Virus record (IMG/VR): IMGVR_UViG_3300011116_000453
Span: 1-36,574 of that record
From: a virus
Taxonomy: Duplodnaviria > Caudoviricetes
Strand: one strand, 5' to 3'
DNA length: 36,574 nt
A program made the translations under genes and the position numbers. Below are positions 7,898 through 17,685 of this stretch, piece after piece. A model generated the notes under the pieces. That model searched no databases. It was not told the DNA's origin and saw only the letters and a list, made by a program, of their open reading frames with translations. Position 1 is the first letter of the stretch, and every line of letters begins with the position of its first letter.

Positions 7898-9613
7898 CTA
7901 AATTATCAAACTACTAAAATTCTTTACCTTTTCGAATCGATATACTTTCTGGAACTTATCTAGCATTTGATCAGTTTTATGTGAAATCACAAATACATTC
8001 GAATCACCGGTCATCGCCCACATAATTTTCATTAGTTCGTCTGTTCCGTTAAAATCGAGTGAACCGTCGAATACTTCATCAAGAATCAGAAGATTACAGT
8101 TCACACTATTCCTCATTTTAGCAATAGCTCTCCATGTCAGTAGAAGTGCTAAATCTATCCGCGTTTTTTCTCCCTCAGAGAAATTATGATATGAAAATTC
8201 ATCTCTATATCTAGATTTGATCGTTTCTTCAAATTGCTCATTGATATTGAAGTTAACAAAGAATCCCATTTGAGCTAGATATTTGTTGATTAGTTTATTG
8301 ATTACAGGAAGATATTGCTTGATAATCTTAGTCTTGATACCACCATCTTTTAATAGGTTGATAGAAGTTTCGATCAATATTCTATCATTCAATAATGCTT
8401 CTTTCTCAATCTTATATTTCTCCAATTCGTCCACAACCACAATCAATTCTTTTTTATTATTAATAAGTGTATTATCCGAATGCTTAATTCTATTGATATC
8501 ATCTTCAATATTATTGTTTGTCGATACGATTGCTGACAGTTTCGTTTTATTAGATGTAATATCATTTTTGATATTATTGATTTTACTAATGGTTTTTTCT
8601 ATTGTGGTAATATGATCGACACATTTATCAATCTCGGTACCAAGCTTAGTTAGCCCATCCTTGAATTCATCAACCTTTGTTATCGTCTCAATAATAATCT
8701 TATCTTTGAAAGATTTGACGATTGGTTGCCGACAAGTTGGGCAATCATCATTATCGCAATAGAATGATATTTCTTTCTGAGCCCGATTTAGATTATTCTC
8801 TATCTTTGAATGAAGCGATATCAACTTACTATGCTTGGCCTTTTGTATAGATTGATCTTCGATATTAGATAGTAATGCATCCCTTTGTGTTTCAAGGGAT
8901 GTGATTTCTACCAGTATATCCTTATATTGATTTTCATTTTGAATAAAAGATTCTCTCAATTCAGATTCTCTTAATTCATTATTCTGCTCTAGGCTTGTGA
9001 TATTCTTTTCAATAAAAGATTTCTTATCTAGTTTACCAATATTCATAATGCGATTTTGATCAATGTTTTCTTTATTGATCTGAAGCTTTTGTTTAGCAAC
9101 TATATTCATCACAGAGAAAATTTGAATATCCAACAAGTCTTCAATAACCACCCTTCGCTCATTAGGAGTCAATTGCATGAACGGTGTGAATGATGCTGAA
9201 CCAAGAATAACAATTTGTGTAAATGATTTCAAAGTCATTTTGAGAATGACCTTTTCCAGATAGTCTTGATAATCTTTGGATGCAGAATCTTGATTGATCA
9301 TGATATTATCACAATAAATCTCAAAGATATTAGGCTTTATGCCACGAACAATTTCATAGTTCTTATTGTTTGTAGAGAATGTGATTCGGACTTCACAACC
9401 TTTTTCATTGACTGAATTAACAAGACTGCCTTTGTTTATCTTTCGGAACGGTTTACCAAATAAAGCGAATGTTAATGCGTCCAAAATAGTTGATTTACCA
9501 GCTCCATTTTCTCCGACAATCAATGCATTTTGATGTGCATCAAGTTGAATTTCGGTAAAAATGTTGCCAGTTGAAAGGAGGTTTCTCCATTTGATAGTTT
9601 GAAATTTTATCAA
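7898..9613 (-). CDS. gp46: Recombination endonuclease ATPase subunit (Rad50/SbcC-like)
   Basis: [12 protein letters not shown] zinc hook, FSEGEK signature, [10 protein letters not shown] switch. Confidence 0.95.
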   Translation of the reverse strand: MIKFQTIKWRNLLSTGNIFTEIQLDAHQNALIVGENGAGKSTILDALTFALFGKPFRKINKGSLVNSVNEKGCEVRITFSTNNKNYEIVRGIKPNIFEIYCDNIMINQDSASKDYQDYLEKVILKMTLKSFTQIVILGSASFTPFMQLTPNERRVVIEDLLDIQIFSVMNIVAKQKLQINKENIDQNRIMNIGKLDKKSFIEKNITSLEQNNELRESELRESFIQNENQYKDILVEITSLETQRDALLSNIEDQSIQKAKHSKLISLHSKIENNLNRAQKEISFYCDNDDCPTCRQPIVKSFKDKIIIETITKVDEFKDGLTKLGTEIDKCVDHITTIEKTISKINNIKNDITSNKTKLSAIVSTNNNIEDDINRIKHSDNTLINNKKELIVVVDELEKYKIEKEALLNDRILIETSINLLKDGGIKTKIIKQYLPVINKLINKYLAQMGFFVNFNINEQFEETIKSRYRDEFSYHNFSEGEKTRIDLALLLTWRAIAKMRNSVNCNLLILDEVFDGSLDFNGTDELMKIMWAMTGDSNVFVISHKTDQMLDKFQKVYRFEKVKNFSSLII

Positions 9614-10689
9614 TCTACTGTTTCCAATGCTATAGCTTCATTATAAATGTCTAACATATATGTCTTCATAATAGCAGAATCAACAGGTAATGTCAAGCCA
9701 TCAATATACTTTTTTAGTATCGTTGGAGTATCCTCAGACTCATCCACTTCATCATTAGGATCATTTTCGGTAAATGTAGAAATGTCCTCTACAATAGAAA
9801 TATCTAGAGGAGATGCTTTATAGATTTTATCAAGGAGCATATCAAACGCATAAGGATTTGTCTTATTGACACATACAATCTTAACAAAGCAATTATTATA
9901 TGTATTGTAATCAGTAGCATTTATCTTCTCGATGATATCAGGATGTTTGACATCATCATATGATATCATTCTGAATATGATGTTTTCATTCTTATGGAAT
10001 ACCAATTTGCGAGTTTTCGTATCAAACACATGAAACCCTCTTGGATCATTATAGTCTGACCAGGTATACTCAGCAAAAGCACCAAGATAATGTATATTGT
10101 CGCTAGTGGACTTATGATGATAATGGCCGCTAAAAACCATGTCATAGCGATTAAAAATGCTCCTGTCCATACCATGATCAGATACAGAACCTCTAAACAT
10201 TTCAAATCCATTAAGTTCGAGGTGCCCCATAAGAATTTCAGCAGGGGAAGATGATATTGCTTCCATCGATTCAGCATGATTAGACTCCGTTATCCATGGC
10301 ACAAGTTGAATATTCAACTCATCAATATTAATTAATTCGGGTGTAGTATATGTTTTAATATATGAATATCTATCAGTTACAATTTCATCAAGAGAATTAA
10401 TGATATGAGTGTTCTTATATGTTTCATCATGATTACCAGCAATAATGATCGTGGGTATTTTCTTTTGTTGAATAACTTCCAAAAAATCTATTCTGCATCG
10501 ATTGGCTGTTTGAAAGTTTAAATACTTTCTTCGATCAAATAAATCTCCTAGATGGATAATATGAGATATATTATCATCCTCTATGACTTTCCAAAATGTC
10601 TCTAATGACTTTTTAAAATAATCATAAAAGACTGGAGAATCATTTCTGATCCCCCAGTGGGTATCCGTTATAATAGCTATTTTAGCCAT
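9610..10689 (-). CDS. gp47: Recombination endonuclease nuclease subunit (Mre11/SbcD-like)
   Basis: DTHWG, GDLFD, GNHD and SGHYH motifs. Start moved to MAKIAII (10689). Confidence 0.95.
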   Translation of the reverse strand: MAKIAIITDTHWGIRNDSPVFYDYFKKSLETFWKVIEDDNISHIIHLGDLFDRRKYLNFQTANRCRIDFLEVIQQKKIPTIIIAGNHDETYKNTHIINSLDEIVTDRYSYIKTYTTPELINIDELNIQLVPWITESNHAESMEAISSSPAEILMGHLELNGFEMFRGSVSDHGMDRSIFNRYDMVFSGHYHHKSTSDNIHYLGAFAEYTWSDYNDPRGFHVFDTKTRKLVFHKNENIIFRMISYDDVKHPDIIEKINATDYNTYNNCFVKIVCVNKTNPYAFDMLLDKIYKASPLDISIVEDISTFTENDPNDEVDESEDTPTILKKYIDGLTLPVDSAIMKTYMLDIYNEAIALETVD

Positions 10690-10693
10690 ATGA

Positions 10694-10897
10694 TTACTTC
10701 CTGTTTTTGGAAATATTAGTAACCATAAGTTCGTTATCATACTTTTTAATTGCTTGATCGACAGCCTTGGTGATCTGGCCTAGGCGAGACCTAAAGTTTC
10801 CTCGAATGTATAGGTTATCATTTTTATTCAACATCTGGTCGATCAGACTCTGGACTTGGAAAGGCAACTCCACACCAACATCATTATCATTCTTCAT
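10694..10897 (-). CDS. Hypothetical protein (67 aa)
   Basis: Fills the gap between gp55 and gp47. GGAG precedes the MKNDND start. Confidence 0.6.
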   Translation of the reverse strand: MKNDNDVGVELPFQVQSLIDQMLNKNDNLYIRGNFRSRLGQITKAVDQAIKKYDNELMVTNISKNRK

Positions 10898-10898
10898 A

Positions 10899-11489
10899 TT
10901 AGTCTCCATAAAAATTTTGTAGATTCTTTTCCATTTTGATTTGTTTACGCTTGAGTTTCTTGACTTCTTCTTTTTTTTCAAATCTGCTCATAAAATCATT
11001 GATATTATCATACATCTGGACAGGCATTACATTCCCATCATCACTACTATCTAATCTACCTATTGTATCATGTCCGGCGTGGTTGTCAAGCCCAAAATCA
11101 TTTCTACCATGAATAATTGTATGTTGAAAGTTCTTACACATAATATATCTATTCTTTTCTTCTTTATTGATTCTGCGTAGAAAAGCATAATATATTACTT
11201 GAGTGAAATAAGCAAATGGATTCTGCCCTATCTGTGGATCATAATCTTTGAAATAAAGAATACAGTTTTCGATACCATCCGATACCATTTCTTCCCTAAA
11301 TGAGTAGTTCATGAAACAAGGTTTTGTAGATAGATTATTAGCAATCTTGAAAATGCATTCTCCGATATAATTAGTAATTCGAGGGTCTTGAAGTCCAGCC
11401 GAGCGAGCTTCACTAAGTTCTTTTTTATATACTAATATTTCTTCATAGAACTTTTTATTATCTACATAATTCTCTCTTTTCTGCTTCAT
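10899..11489 (-). CDS. gp55: Late-transcription sigma factor
   Basis: NYVDNKKF, YIGECIFKIA, FMNYSFREEMVSDGIENC, NPFAYFTQ and AFLRRI.KEEK. Confidence 0.95.
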   Translation of the reverse strand: MKQKRENYVDNKKFYEEILVYKKELSEARSAGLQDPRITNYIGECIFKIANNLSTKPCFMNYSFREEMVSDGIENCILYFKDYDPQIGQNPFAYFTQVIYYAFLRRINKEEKNRYIMCKNFQHTIIHGRNDFGLDNHAGHDTIGRLDSSDDGNVMPVQMYDNINDFMSRFEKKEEVKKLKRKQIKMEKNLQNFYGD

Positions 11490-11504
11490 TATCTCAAATC
11501 CCTC

Positions 11505-11533
11505 TTGACAAATGCTTGACATGCTGTTATATT
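11505..11533 (+). promoter_or_regulatory. Antisense sigma70-type promoter upstream of gp55
   Basis: TTGACA (11505)-17-TATATT with an extended TG. A second CTTGACA lies 11 bp downstream of the first. Confidence 0.55.
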
Positions 11534-11561
11534 AGCTATGTGCTGTGGTGAATGAATGATA

Positions 11562-11849
11562 TTAGATGTTAGTAAGATTATTCAACTTTTTAATCTGCTT
11601 ATCAATAACTTCTTTTCGATTTGGCCATTTAATCATAGGCTTATCTGGATCTCTTGATAGATTCTCAAGAAATGGTAGAAATATCTTCTGGACAGCATGT
11701 AATCTATCTTTTAGATCAGCAACTTCTTCTTCCATAGAAGAATACACTGGTTGATTGATTTCATTCTCATCAGTGAATGTGAAACCAAAATCATTATCAT
11801 CGTTCACATCAAGATAATTATTCTTTTTTATCACAGTTGGTGACACCAT
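11562..11849 (-). CDS. Hypothetical protein
   Basis: Coupled ORF with DFGFTF..PFLENL..P.K..IKWPNR. Confidence 0.75.
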   Translation of the reverse strand: MVSPTVIKKNNYLDVNDDNDFGFTFTDENEINQPVYSSMEEEVADLKDRLHAVQKIFLPFLENLSRDPDKPMIKWPNRKEVIDKQIKKLNNLTNI

Positions 11850-12286
11850 TAATGTAGTTTCCTTTTATTAGTTTTAAACTCATCCATAATCTTTTGGAGT
11901 GCTTCTAGGCCATGATCTTCTCCATCATTCAATATATCATCAAATTCAATGTCTCTATTATCATTCTTCATAGATTCGAAGTGTTCTAGGCATTCATAAT
12001 AATGTTCTACTAGACCAGCAGCAGGTTTAGCTAATGTCATAACATCCTCAGTATTAATATTAAATTCTTGAACATCACATATTCTGGTAAATACCCAATG
12101 CATCAATGATATTGTCATGCTAGGGCCAGGTTTATTATTCATCATATAAACAATTTTCATAGGATTAATAAACATATAAGAGTGATTATCATTATCACTC
12201 AATTCGATCACTTCAGATATAATATCTTCACCTGTAATCATTCTTATATACTTCACATTATCATTATTTTCTACAGGTTTATTCAT
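11849..12286 (-). CDS. Hypothetical protein (possible Sm-like fold) downstream of uvsW
   Basis: IRMITGEDIISE..NPM..W pattern and a LH C-terminus. Position is typical of T4-like phages. Confidence 0.7.
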   Translation of the reverse strand: MNKPVENNDNVKYIRMITGEDIISEVIELSDNDNHSYMFINPMKIVYMMNNKPGPSMTISLMHWVFTRICDVQEFNINTEDVMTLAKPAAGLVEHYYECLEHFESMKNDNRDIEFDDILNDGEDHGLEALQKIMDEFKTNKRKLH

Positions 12287-12291
12287 TAATA

Positions 12292-13770
12292 TTACCCCTT
12301 AAGTTCTATCTTATATATCTTAAAAGTAAATCTTTCTTCACTATACAACTTTATTCTCTCAGCAAAATGTTTGATAGTATAATTCTCTTTTTTCTTATAT
12401 CTCATATCATCTGCGATATCATACAAAACAGCTTTATCTTTAGTATCTGAAGTTCTTAAACCACGACCAATAGACTGGAGCACTCTTATTCTAGATTTAG
12501 AAGGTGAAGCAAAAATGATATTATGTAGATTTCTGATGTTAATCCCTGTGGAAAATGTACCTACCGATGCAACGATTATAGATCGTTTTTCATTTTCTAC
12601 GATACTCCTTGTCTGTTCTCTGACTTCTACATCAGTGCCTCCATGAATAAAAAATATCTTATAGTCGGGTAATCTATCTTTAATAATATCGTGTAGAATT
12701 TTACCATGCTTTTCAACATATGTATATAGCAATAATGTATTACCTTCAAGCGACATTGCTAGATTAGCAATAAATTTATTTCTAGCTTCATTTAATACAA
12801 GATATTCGATCTCTTGTTGATATGTAAAATTCTTTGCGGCCTGGCAAATACTATCATTATGTTTTAGCAATAAGCATTTAATATTGAATTCAGCAAGGTG
12901 TTTTTGATCCATCAACTCTTTGGTAGACACTACTTTATGAACAGTGCCGAATAGACCTTCTAATACGAGTTTATGTGTTTTTGTTCCGTCTAATGTGCCT
13001 GTTGTGCCTATTCTGTATTTAGCATTCACTAATTTCGTCATTATTTCAGTGAGCGATAGTGCTTTAAATTGATGTGCTTCATCCCCTATAACCAAGTCAA
13101 ACGATTCGAAATATTTTTTAGGCATTTTGTAAAGGGATTGCCATGTGCTGATCGCGACCGGTTTATCCGATTCTTTATCTTGGCCTCCAAATATTCTATG
13201 AACATACTTATCAGATTCAAAACCATAATCGGCAAAATCAGTAGCCAATTGACTAACCAAAGAAATAGTTGGAACAATAATAAGAGTGCGTTTAACATTG
13301 AGATACCTCGTTATTAAATATATGATTAGTGATTTGCCAGATGCTGTTGGTGACAGGAGTAATGTTCTCCTAGTTCTAATAGCATGAACAAAAGCGTCGA
13401 TCTGATAATCTCTTGGAACAATCTTATCAGGCAAGTTTAGAGTTTTGATGAATTGCTCAGCCTCAGTAAGTGAAAACTCTTCATCATAAACTTCATTTTC
13501 ATATTCCCAATCATACTTTCGTTCTTCACAGAATTTAACTATGTAAGGAACAAGGCCGCGATAGATTTGTCTATTTCTAACATTGAACAGTCGTATTTTC
13601 CCGTCCCATAATTTAGCCCTGAATTGAGGAGTAAACTGTGCTCCCGGTACTTGAAATGTAAATTGCTCACGGAGTTCATATGATACTCCTTCGGTACAAT
13701 CAATCTGAACATAAGCTTCATTCACATTTGATATGACTATTTTATTATTATCCACGTTTACAATTTTCAC
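12292..13770 (-). CDS. uvsW: SF2 DNA/RNA-DNA helicase (start may be GTG at 13755)
   Basis: PRDYQ, SPTASGKS, DEAH, TTGT and QSIGRGLR. Confidence 0.95.
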   Translation of the reverse strand: MKIVNVDNNKIVISNVNEAYVQIDCTEGVSYELREQFTFQVPGAQFTPQFRAKLWDGKIRLFNVRNRQIYRGLVPYIVKFCEERKYDWEYENEVYDEEFSLTEAEQFIKTLNLPDKIVPRDYQIDAFVHAIRTRRTLLLSPTASGKSLIIYLITRYLNVKRTLIIVPTISLVSQLATDFADYGFESDKYVHRIFGGQDKESDKPVAISTWQSLYKMPKKYFESFDLVIGDEAHQFKALSLTEIMTKLVNAKYRIGTTGTLDGTKTHKLVLEGLFGTVHKVVSTKELMDQKHLAEFNIKCLLLKHNDSICQAAKNFTYQQEIEYLVLNEARNKFIANLAMSLEGNTLLLYTYVEKHGKILHDIIKDRLPDYKIFFIHGGTDVEVREQTRSIVENEKRSIIVASVGTFSTGINIRNLHNIIFASPSKSRIRVLQSIGRGLRTSDTKDKAVLYDIADDMRYKKKENYTIKHFAERIKLYSEERFTFKIYKIELKG

Positions 13771-14485
13771 CGTGATTGTGTCTTACGAAATTTTGAATAT
13801 TCATAGTTTTACTGCATACTTCACATGTTTTTTCAATATTCCTATACCTAGGAACATTTGGATTATTCTTATAAAATTCTTTCAAACTATTAGAAATTCC
13901 CGCAGCCAGCTTCTTCCGAGCTTCCGGATCTTCCCATCGTTTTTTCATAATGGCAGAAATCTTATCACGAGTTTCTTGCTTACGCATAATAACAGAATGT
14001 CTATCACGAGCGTCTTGATCGGCGTAATATAATATTAAACTTTGCGAAGTTTTCTTCCGAGCTTCCGGATCTTCATAATATTTTATTCCACTTAAAGATT
14101 TCTTATTACGAACTTCTTGTTTATTATGCGCGATAGCATGCCTAAGACGAACTTCTTCAGTAAAAAATAAATTAGGAAACATACCAGCATTTAAACATTT
14201 ACCACTATCTTCATACAGACCATATCTGGTACGTGCTTCTTTAATCAACTTTATTTCTTTAGCACTAAGATTTTCATGATTTTTTTTATTATAAGGCAAG
14301 CCGATTATAATATCTTTTTTGATTGTCTCAGCTTGGTCCCACAGACGCTTGTATGTCTTAGGTGAACCCAGATATTCAGTATCATCTTCTGGTTCACATT
14401 TACATGTTCTTATGCCAATATAATAATACGGTTCTGCGTCTTTCATAGTAAGTGTGACTCTATATAGATAAATGTGTTTATTCAT
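13748..14485 (-). CDS. Seg-like GIY-YIG homing endonuclease with NUMOD3-like repeats and a C-terminal Zn finger
   Basis: YLYRV..YYYIG.R..YLGS, EDPEARKK repeats and CEVC..H..C. Sits between uvsY and uvsW. Confidence 0.8.
   Translation of the reverse strand: MNKHIYLYRVTLTMKDAEPYYYIGIRTCKCEPEDDTEYLGSPKTYKRLWDQAETIKKDIIIGLPYNKKNHENLSAKEIKLIKEARTRYGLYEDSGKCLNAGMFPNLFFTEEVRLRHAIAHNKQEVRNKKSLSGIKYYEDPEARKKTSQSLILYYADQDARDRHSVIMRKQETRDKISAIMKKRWEDPEARKKLAAGISNSLKEFYKNNPNVPRYRNIEKTCEVCSKTMNIQNFVRHNHGENCKRG
13911..14074. repeat. 23-bp direct repeat (13911-13933 and 14052-14074) encoding EDPEARK
   Basis: ttcttccgagcttccggatcttc occurs twice. Confidence 0.9.
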
Positions 14486-14490
14486 ATGAA

Positions 14491-14940
14491 TCACTTTCCG
14501 CCTGTATAAACTTCCCACTTGATGAAGTTTCCAAGTTGGTATGTTCTGCTATTGATTTCTTTAAGGACAGAAGTGCAGAAGTCAACTATTTCTTGATGAA
14601 TAACTTTCTTGAGTAGAATATTATTGAGTTCTGCATCCGAATCAAGATACATCGGAATATCTTGCCTTAGAACCCTTTTGGCCCATGGCTCGTATCCATA
14701 CTTTTCTAAGTCTTCAGTGTTGTTTAGATCACCACCGAAATACTGAAACTTGATAAATTTAAGTTTGTTATAATCTGAAAGGAGCTTCTTGCATACAAGA
14801 TTGTGGTGTGTTAGAATACGAAGATATTTTGCATGAAGTGAAGATATCTTAGCAGTTTCTTGCCCAGGTTCTGTTTCATCAACAACAGCATCTTTAATCC
14901 ACATTTCCATCAAATCGTCTATAGCCACTGGTGGTTTCAT
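14491..14940 (-). CDS. uvsY: Recombination mediator
   Basis: MW.KD..D..E..KI.SLHAKYL..YLDSD..R.YQL.N.IKW..GG, in the expected position. Confidence 0.9.
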   Translation of the reverse strand: MKPPVAIDDLMEMWIKDAVVDETEPGQETAKISSLHAKYLRILTHHNLVCKKLLSDYNKLKFIKFQYFGGDLNNTEDLEKYGYEPWAKRVLRQDIPMYLDSDAELNNILLKKVIHQEIVDFCTSVLKEINSRTYQLGNFIKWEVYTGGK

Positions 14941-14982
14941 AATAACTCCATGTATTCATATGTAAGGAAATAATATAATGTA

Positions 14983-15011
14983 ATTATACACTATTAGGAG
15001 TAACTTGTCAA
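14983..15011 (-). promoter_or_regulatory. Consensus sigma70 early promoter for the uvsY-uvsW-gp55-47-46 genes
   Basis: TTGACA-17-TATAAT. Confidence 0.85.
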
Positions 15012-15530
15012 TCACAATCTGTCTAATTGATAATAATCGTATCTGAATGTTATATCTGCGGTGAGTGTCGTATCTGCATTGTCAGCAACATTGAAATTAA
15101 CAGCACCTAATGTGAGTGGATGGACATTGATGAATTTTAATCGGATATTAGGAATGTTAGCATTTGTGTTGATCGTAAGAATAGCATCATGATATACCAT
15201 AGCCCTAGAATCTTTATATCGGATATACTCAGGGAATTCTGTAGGCTTAGTCAGCGATACAAGCCATTTATATGTTTCTTCCCATATCCGCATATCTTCA
15301 TCAATGATAGCATTTACTGTTAGTTCATCAAATATAAGTTTATCACCATGCCGGTATGTATTAGAAAAGGGAGTTTCTACTGGAATGGCCGATGTAGAGA
15401 TTGAAGGAACAACAGCAGTTTGACAAAAATACCGAAGGAATGGCATAGTGGGAAATACAAGAGTGAACTTCGTTGGCTGAAGTAATGATGTATTATCGGG
15501 TATCTTTGTAAGGAGTGATTCAGTTGTCAT
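15012..15530 (-). CDS. gp3: Tail completion / tail tube terminator protein
   Basis: LQPTKF, FCQ...P.I, GDKL.F..L....DEDM..W.E.YKW, F....P..L and F.Y.YY. Confidence 0.85.
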   Translation of the reverse strand: MTTESLLTKIPDNTSLLQPTKFTLVFPTMPFLRYFCQTAVVPSISTSAIPVETPFSNTYRHGDKLIFDELTVNAIIDEDMRIWEETYKWLVSLTKPTEFPEYIRYKDSRAMVYHDAILTINTNANIPNIRLKFINVHPLTLGAVNFNVADNADTTLTADITFRYDYYQLDRL

Positions 15531-16525
15531 TATGTGTCACTTCCACTTCCTTTGACGCTGCTTAATGGATCGCTCTGTGAATTAAATTTCATTCTATGTC
15601 TTGCAAAAACTCTGCCATTATGGCTGAAAGCTACGCCTTGCCCAGCTTTATCAACATGAACTCTAATCTTTTCAGGATTAGCTAAAATATGTTCATAGTG
15701 CTGGGAAGGATCGATACTGCTATGGCTATATTTACCATTTGTGCCAGTAGTAGAATGTCTCATGTGATTTCCTACACCAGCTTCTTGAGCAGGAGTTGGG
15801 AAAGCCTTTAAAACATGCTTTCTAATATGATCTATCAACTCTTTTTGAGTTTTACCTTTAAGAGCACTGTGTAGATGCCTAGCCATTTTATCAAGCACTG
15901 TGTTATTCATATCTTTGATTTTATTTTTATTGTGCGTAGTAGTATTTCTATGCCAGTCTTTTCTTTCTGCAACACTCATAGTTTTAATTTTAGGAAATTC
16001 TTTGTGTATAGATTTTCTATGTGCTTCTAAATGTTTACCTGCTCCATAAGTAGTTTCTTCTAAACCTGGATTGGAAATAGGAACTTTTTTAGATTTATCG
16101 GATACTTTGAGACTTACGCCTGTGTGTCTACCACCACCATGATGAATTACTATATCAGAAGCATCTTGTTGCTGAGAAGCTTCAATTCCCGTGGATTTCT
16201 TAATATCTCCAGGCTTAGAAGTCCAGTGTACGTCTTTTATTTGTTTTTTACCTAATCGTTTTTTGATATCTTCGGCAGCAGACTTTGCTCTTCTATTAAT
16301 TTCATTATACTGCTCAGGAGTTACTTTAGCTCTGTTATCATCATGAGCTTGTTTGGGAGTTCTATTAGCATCGTCATTATGTCTGACCATATGCTTACCG
16401 CCTCTAAGATGACGGCCCACTAAAAGCTCATGAAGAACACCTTTAGGATCATTGCCTACTTTTTCATCAGTAGTCTTTTTGATTACTTTATTTCTTTCTT
16501 CCAAAAATTGTTTGAATGTTTTCAT
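15530..16525 (-). CDS. Putative PD-(D/E)XK nuclease-like internal virion protein
   Basis: N-terminus MKTFKQFLEE. Contains GVLHE, ASDIVI and GVSLK. Very basic. Confidence 0.5.
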   Translation of the reverse strand: MKTFKQFLEERNKVIKKTTDEKVGNDPKGVLHELLVGRHLRGGKHMVRHNDDANRTPKQAHDDNRAKVTPEQYNEINRRAKSAAEDIKKRLGKKQIKDVHWTSKPGDIKKSTGIEASQQQDASDIVIHHGGGRHTGVSLKVSDKSKKVPISNPGLEETTYGAGKHLEAHRKSIHKEFPKIKTMSVAERKDWHRNTTTHNKNKIKDMNNTVLDKMARHLHSALKGKTQKELIDHIRKHVLKAFPTPAQEAGVGNHMRHSTTGTNGKYSHSSIDPSQHYEHILANPEKIRVHVDKAGQGVAFSHNGRVFARHRMKFNSQSDPLSSVKGSGSDT

Positions 16526-16528
16526 AAC

Positions 16529-16825
16529 TTAACAGTTCCATTTTCTGAGCGACTTATTAATTCTCGAATCAGGATCATTCGCTGTTTTGGCTGATGTTAG
16601 TTTACTCTTCATCCCAGACATTCTAGCACAAAAAGATTTACGGCGATTTGCTGCTTTAGATCCTTTTTTCAATTTAGAGGGAGGAGTTGTAACAGCAGTT
16701 TGTAAATGACTGCCGGGATGTTCTCTTCGATAGGCCATGACGCCTGACTTTTTTAATCCACCTGTTGGATTCTGATGTTTAACGTCAGACCAATCTTCTT
16801 CTAAAAATTGTTTGAATGTTAGCAT
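16529..16825 (-). CDS. Basic protein (DUF6321-like) with a capsid-targeting N-terminus
   Basis: MLTFKQFLEE, then GGL..G..AYRRE.PGS.L..RRKSFCARM.GM..SRINKSLRKWNC. Confidence 0.7.
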   Translation of the reverse strand: MLTFKQFLEEDWSDVKHQNPTGGLKKSGVMAYRREHPGSHLQTAVTTPPSKLKKGSKAANRRKSFCARMSGMKSKLTSAKTANDPDSRINKSLRKWNC

Positions 16826-17031
16826 ATATTAGTTTCCTGTTCTTTCGCTAAAACTGGACCAGTTTTTTTAAATTTCAAAGCAAATTTCATGAAAGCCTGT
16901 GAGATTTTTGGATGTTTATAAGGATCTACACCAAAAGACTTTGTATGGAGAGCAGGCGGAAGCTTTGCTGAGTCATGAGTATCCACATCTACAGCTAAAG
17001 ATTCATGAACAAATTGTTTAAATGTTAACAT
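16819..17031 (-). CDS. Small internal-protein-like peptide
   Basis: MLTFKQFVHE N-terminus, preceded by a late promoter. Confidence 0.65.
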   Translation of the reverse strand: MLTFKQFVHESLAVDVDTHDSAKLPPALHTKSFGVDPYKHPKISQAFMKFALKFKKTGPVLAKEQETNIC

Positions 17032-17062
17032 TAATTGTCTCTCATGATTGTTACCATGATTG

Positions 17063-17092
17063 TATTTATGTAATCTGAGAATACACTAAATA
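17063..17092. promoter_or_regulatory. Divergent T4-type late promoters (CATAAATA minus 17063-17070; ACTAAATA plus 17085-17092)
   Basis: TATAAATA-like boxes face the internal-protein cluster and the HNH gene respectively. Confidence 0.65.
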
Positions 17093-17103
17093 GAGTTGAA
17101 GAT

Positions 17104-17161
17104 GCCTGTCACGATGCGCCAACATCCACAGGCTCTAACGCTAAAAAGGAGCGCCAGCAAC
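17104..17161 (+). promoter_or_regulatory. Structured endonuclease leader, copy 1 (nested stems plus SD-sequestering hairpin)
   Basis: GCCTGT-CAC-GATG-CGCCAA-CATC-C-ACAGGC-TCTAA-CGCT-AAAAAGG-AGCG. Covaries with copy 2. Confidence 0.75.
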
Positions 17162-17659
17162 ATGACTATTTATTATCACAAACACCACATCATACCTCGC
17201 CATATGGGCGGTACCGATGATCCATCAAATCTCATCAAAGTCAATATCGCCATGCATGCCTTTCTTCATAAATTATTGTGGAAAGAACATAGTAATCAAT
17301 ATGATTATATAGCTTGGAAATGTCTGAGTGGCCAAATAACAAATGAAGAAGCAAACAGATTGTCCAATGTTCATTATCATATCGGCAGAGATCCATGGAA
17401 TAAAGGGAAAAAAGGTGTACAACAATCTACAAAAAAAGGTCAATCCCGTAGTGATGAAGAAAAGAAAAAAATAAGTGTTGGCACTAAAGAGGGTATGAAG
17501 AAGTCTAATAAGAAACTTGGCGCTCCAAAGGGTACCGTTCCGTGGAATAAAGGAACAAAACAATCTCCACATTCGAATGAACTGAAAAAGAAAATATCAG
17601 AGGGTGTAAAGAAATCTAATGACAAAAAAAGGGGAGCAGTGAAGCTCCCCCTTAAGTAG
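17162..17659 (+). CDS. HNH homing endonuclease with NUMOD3-like repeats
   Basis: HKHHIIPRHMGGTDDPSNL.....H...H, plus PWNKG and KKKIS repeats. Start is ATG 17162, after AGGAG. Confidence 0.85.
   Translation: MTIYYHKHHIIPRHMGGTDDPSNLIKVNIAMHAFLHKLLWKEHSNQYDYIAWKCLSGQITNEEANRLSNVHYHIGRDPWNKGKKGVQQSTKKGQSRSDEEKKKISVGTKEGMKKSNKKLGAPKGTVPWNKGTKQSPHSNELKKKISEGVKKSNDKKRGAVKLPLK
17624..17650 (-). terminator. Intrinsic terminator after gp23
   Basis: On the minus strand: GGGGAGC-ttcact-GCTCCCC-T7. Confidence 0.85.
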
Positions 17660-17685
17660 TCGTTTCTTATTATAAGAATATAGTC

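Noticed and set aside
17139-17150. GCTAAAAAGG resembles the 3' end of SAM-II riboswitches
   Set aside because: The rest of the SAM-II pseudoknot consensus is absent, and copy 2 differs at these positions.
17096-17161. Upstream extension of the HNH ORF given in the ORF track
   Set aside because: It is the structured leader. The SD positions the start at ATG 17162.
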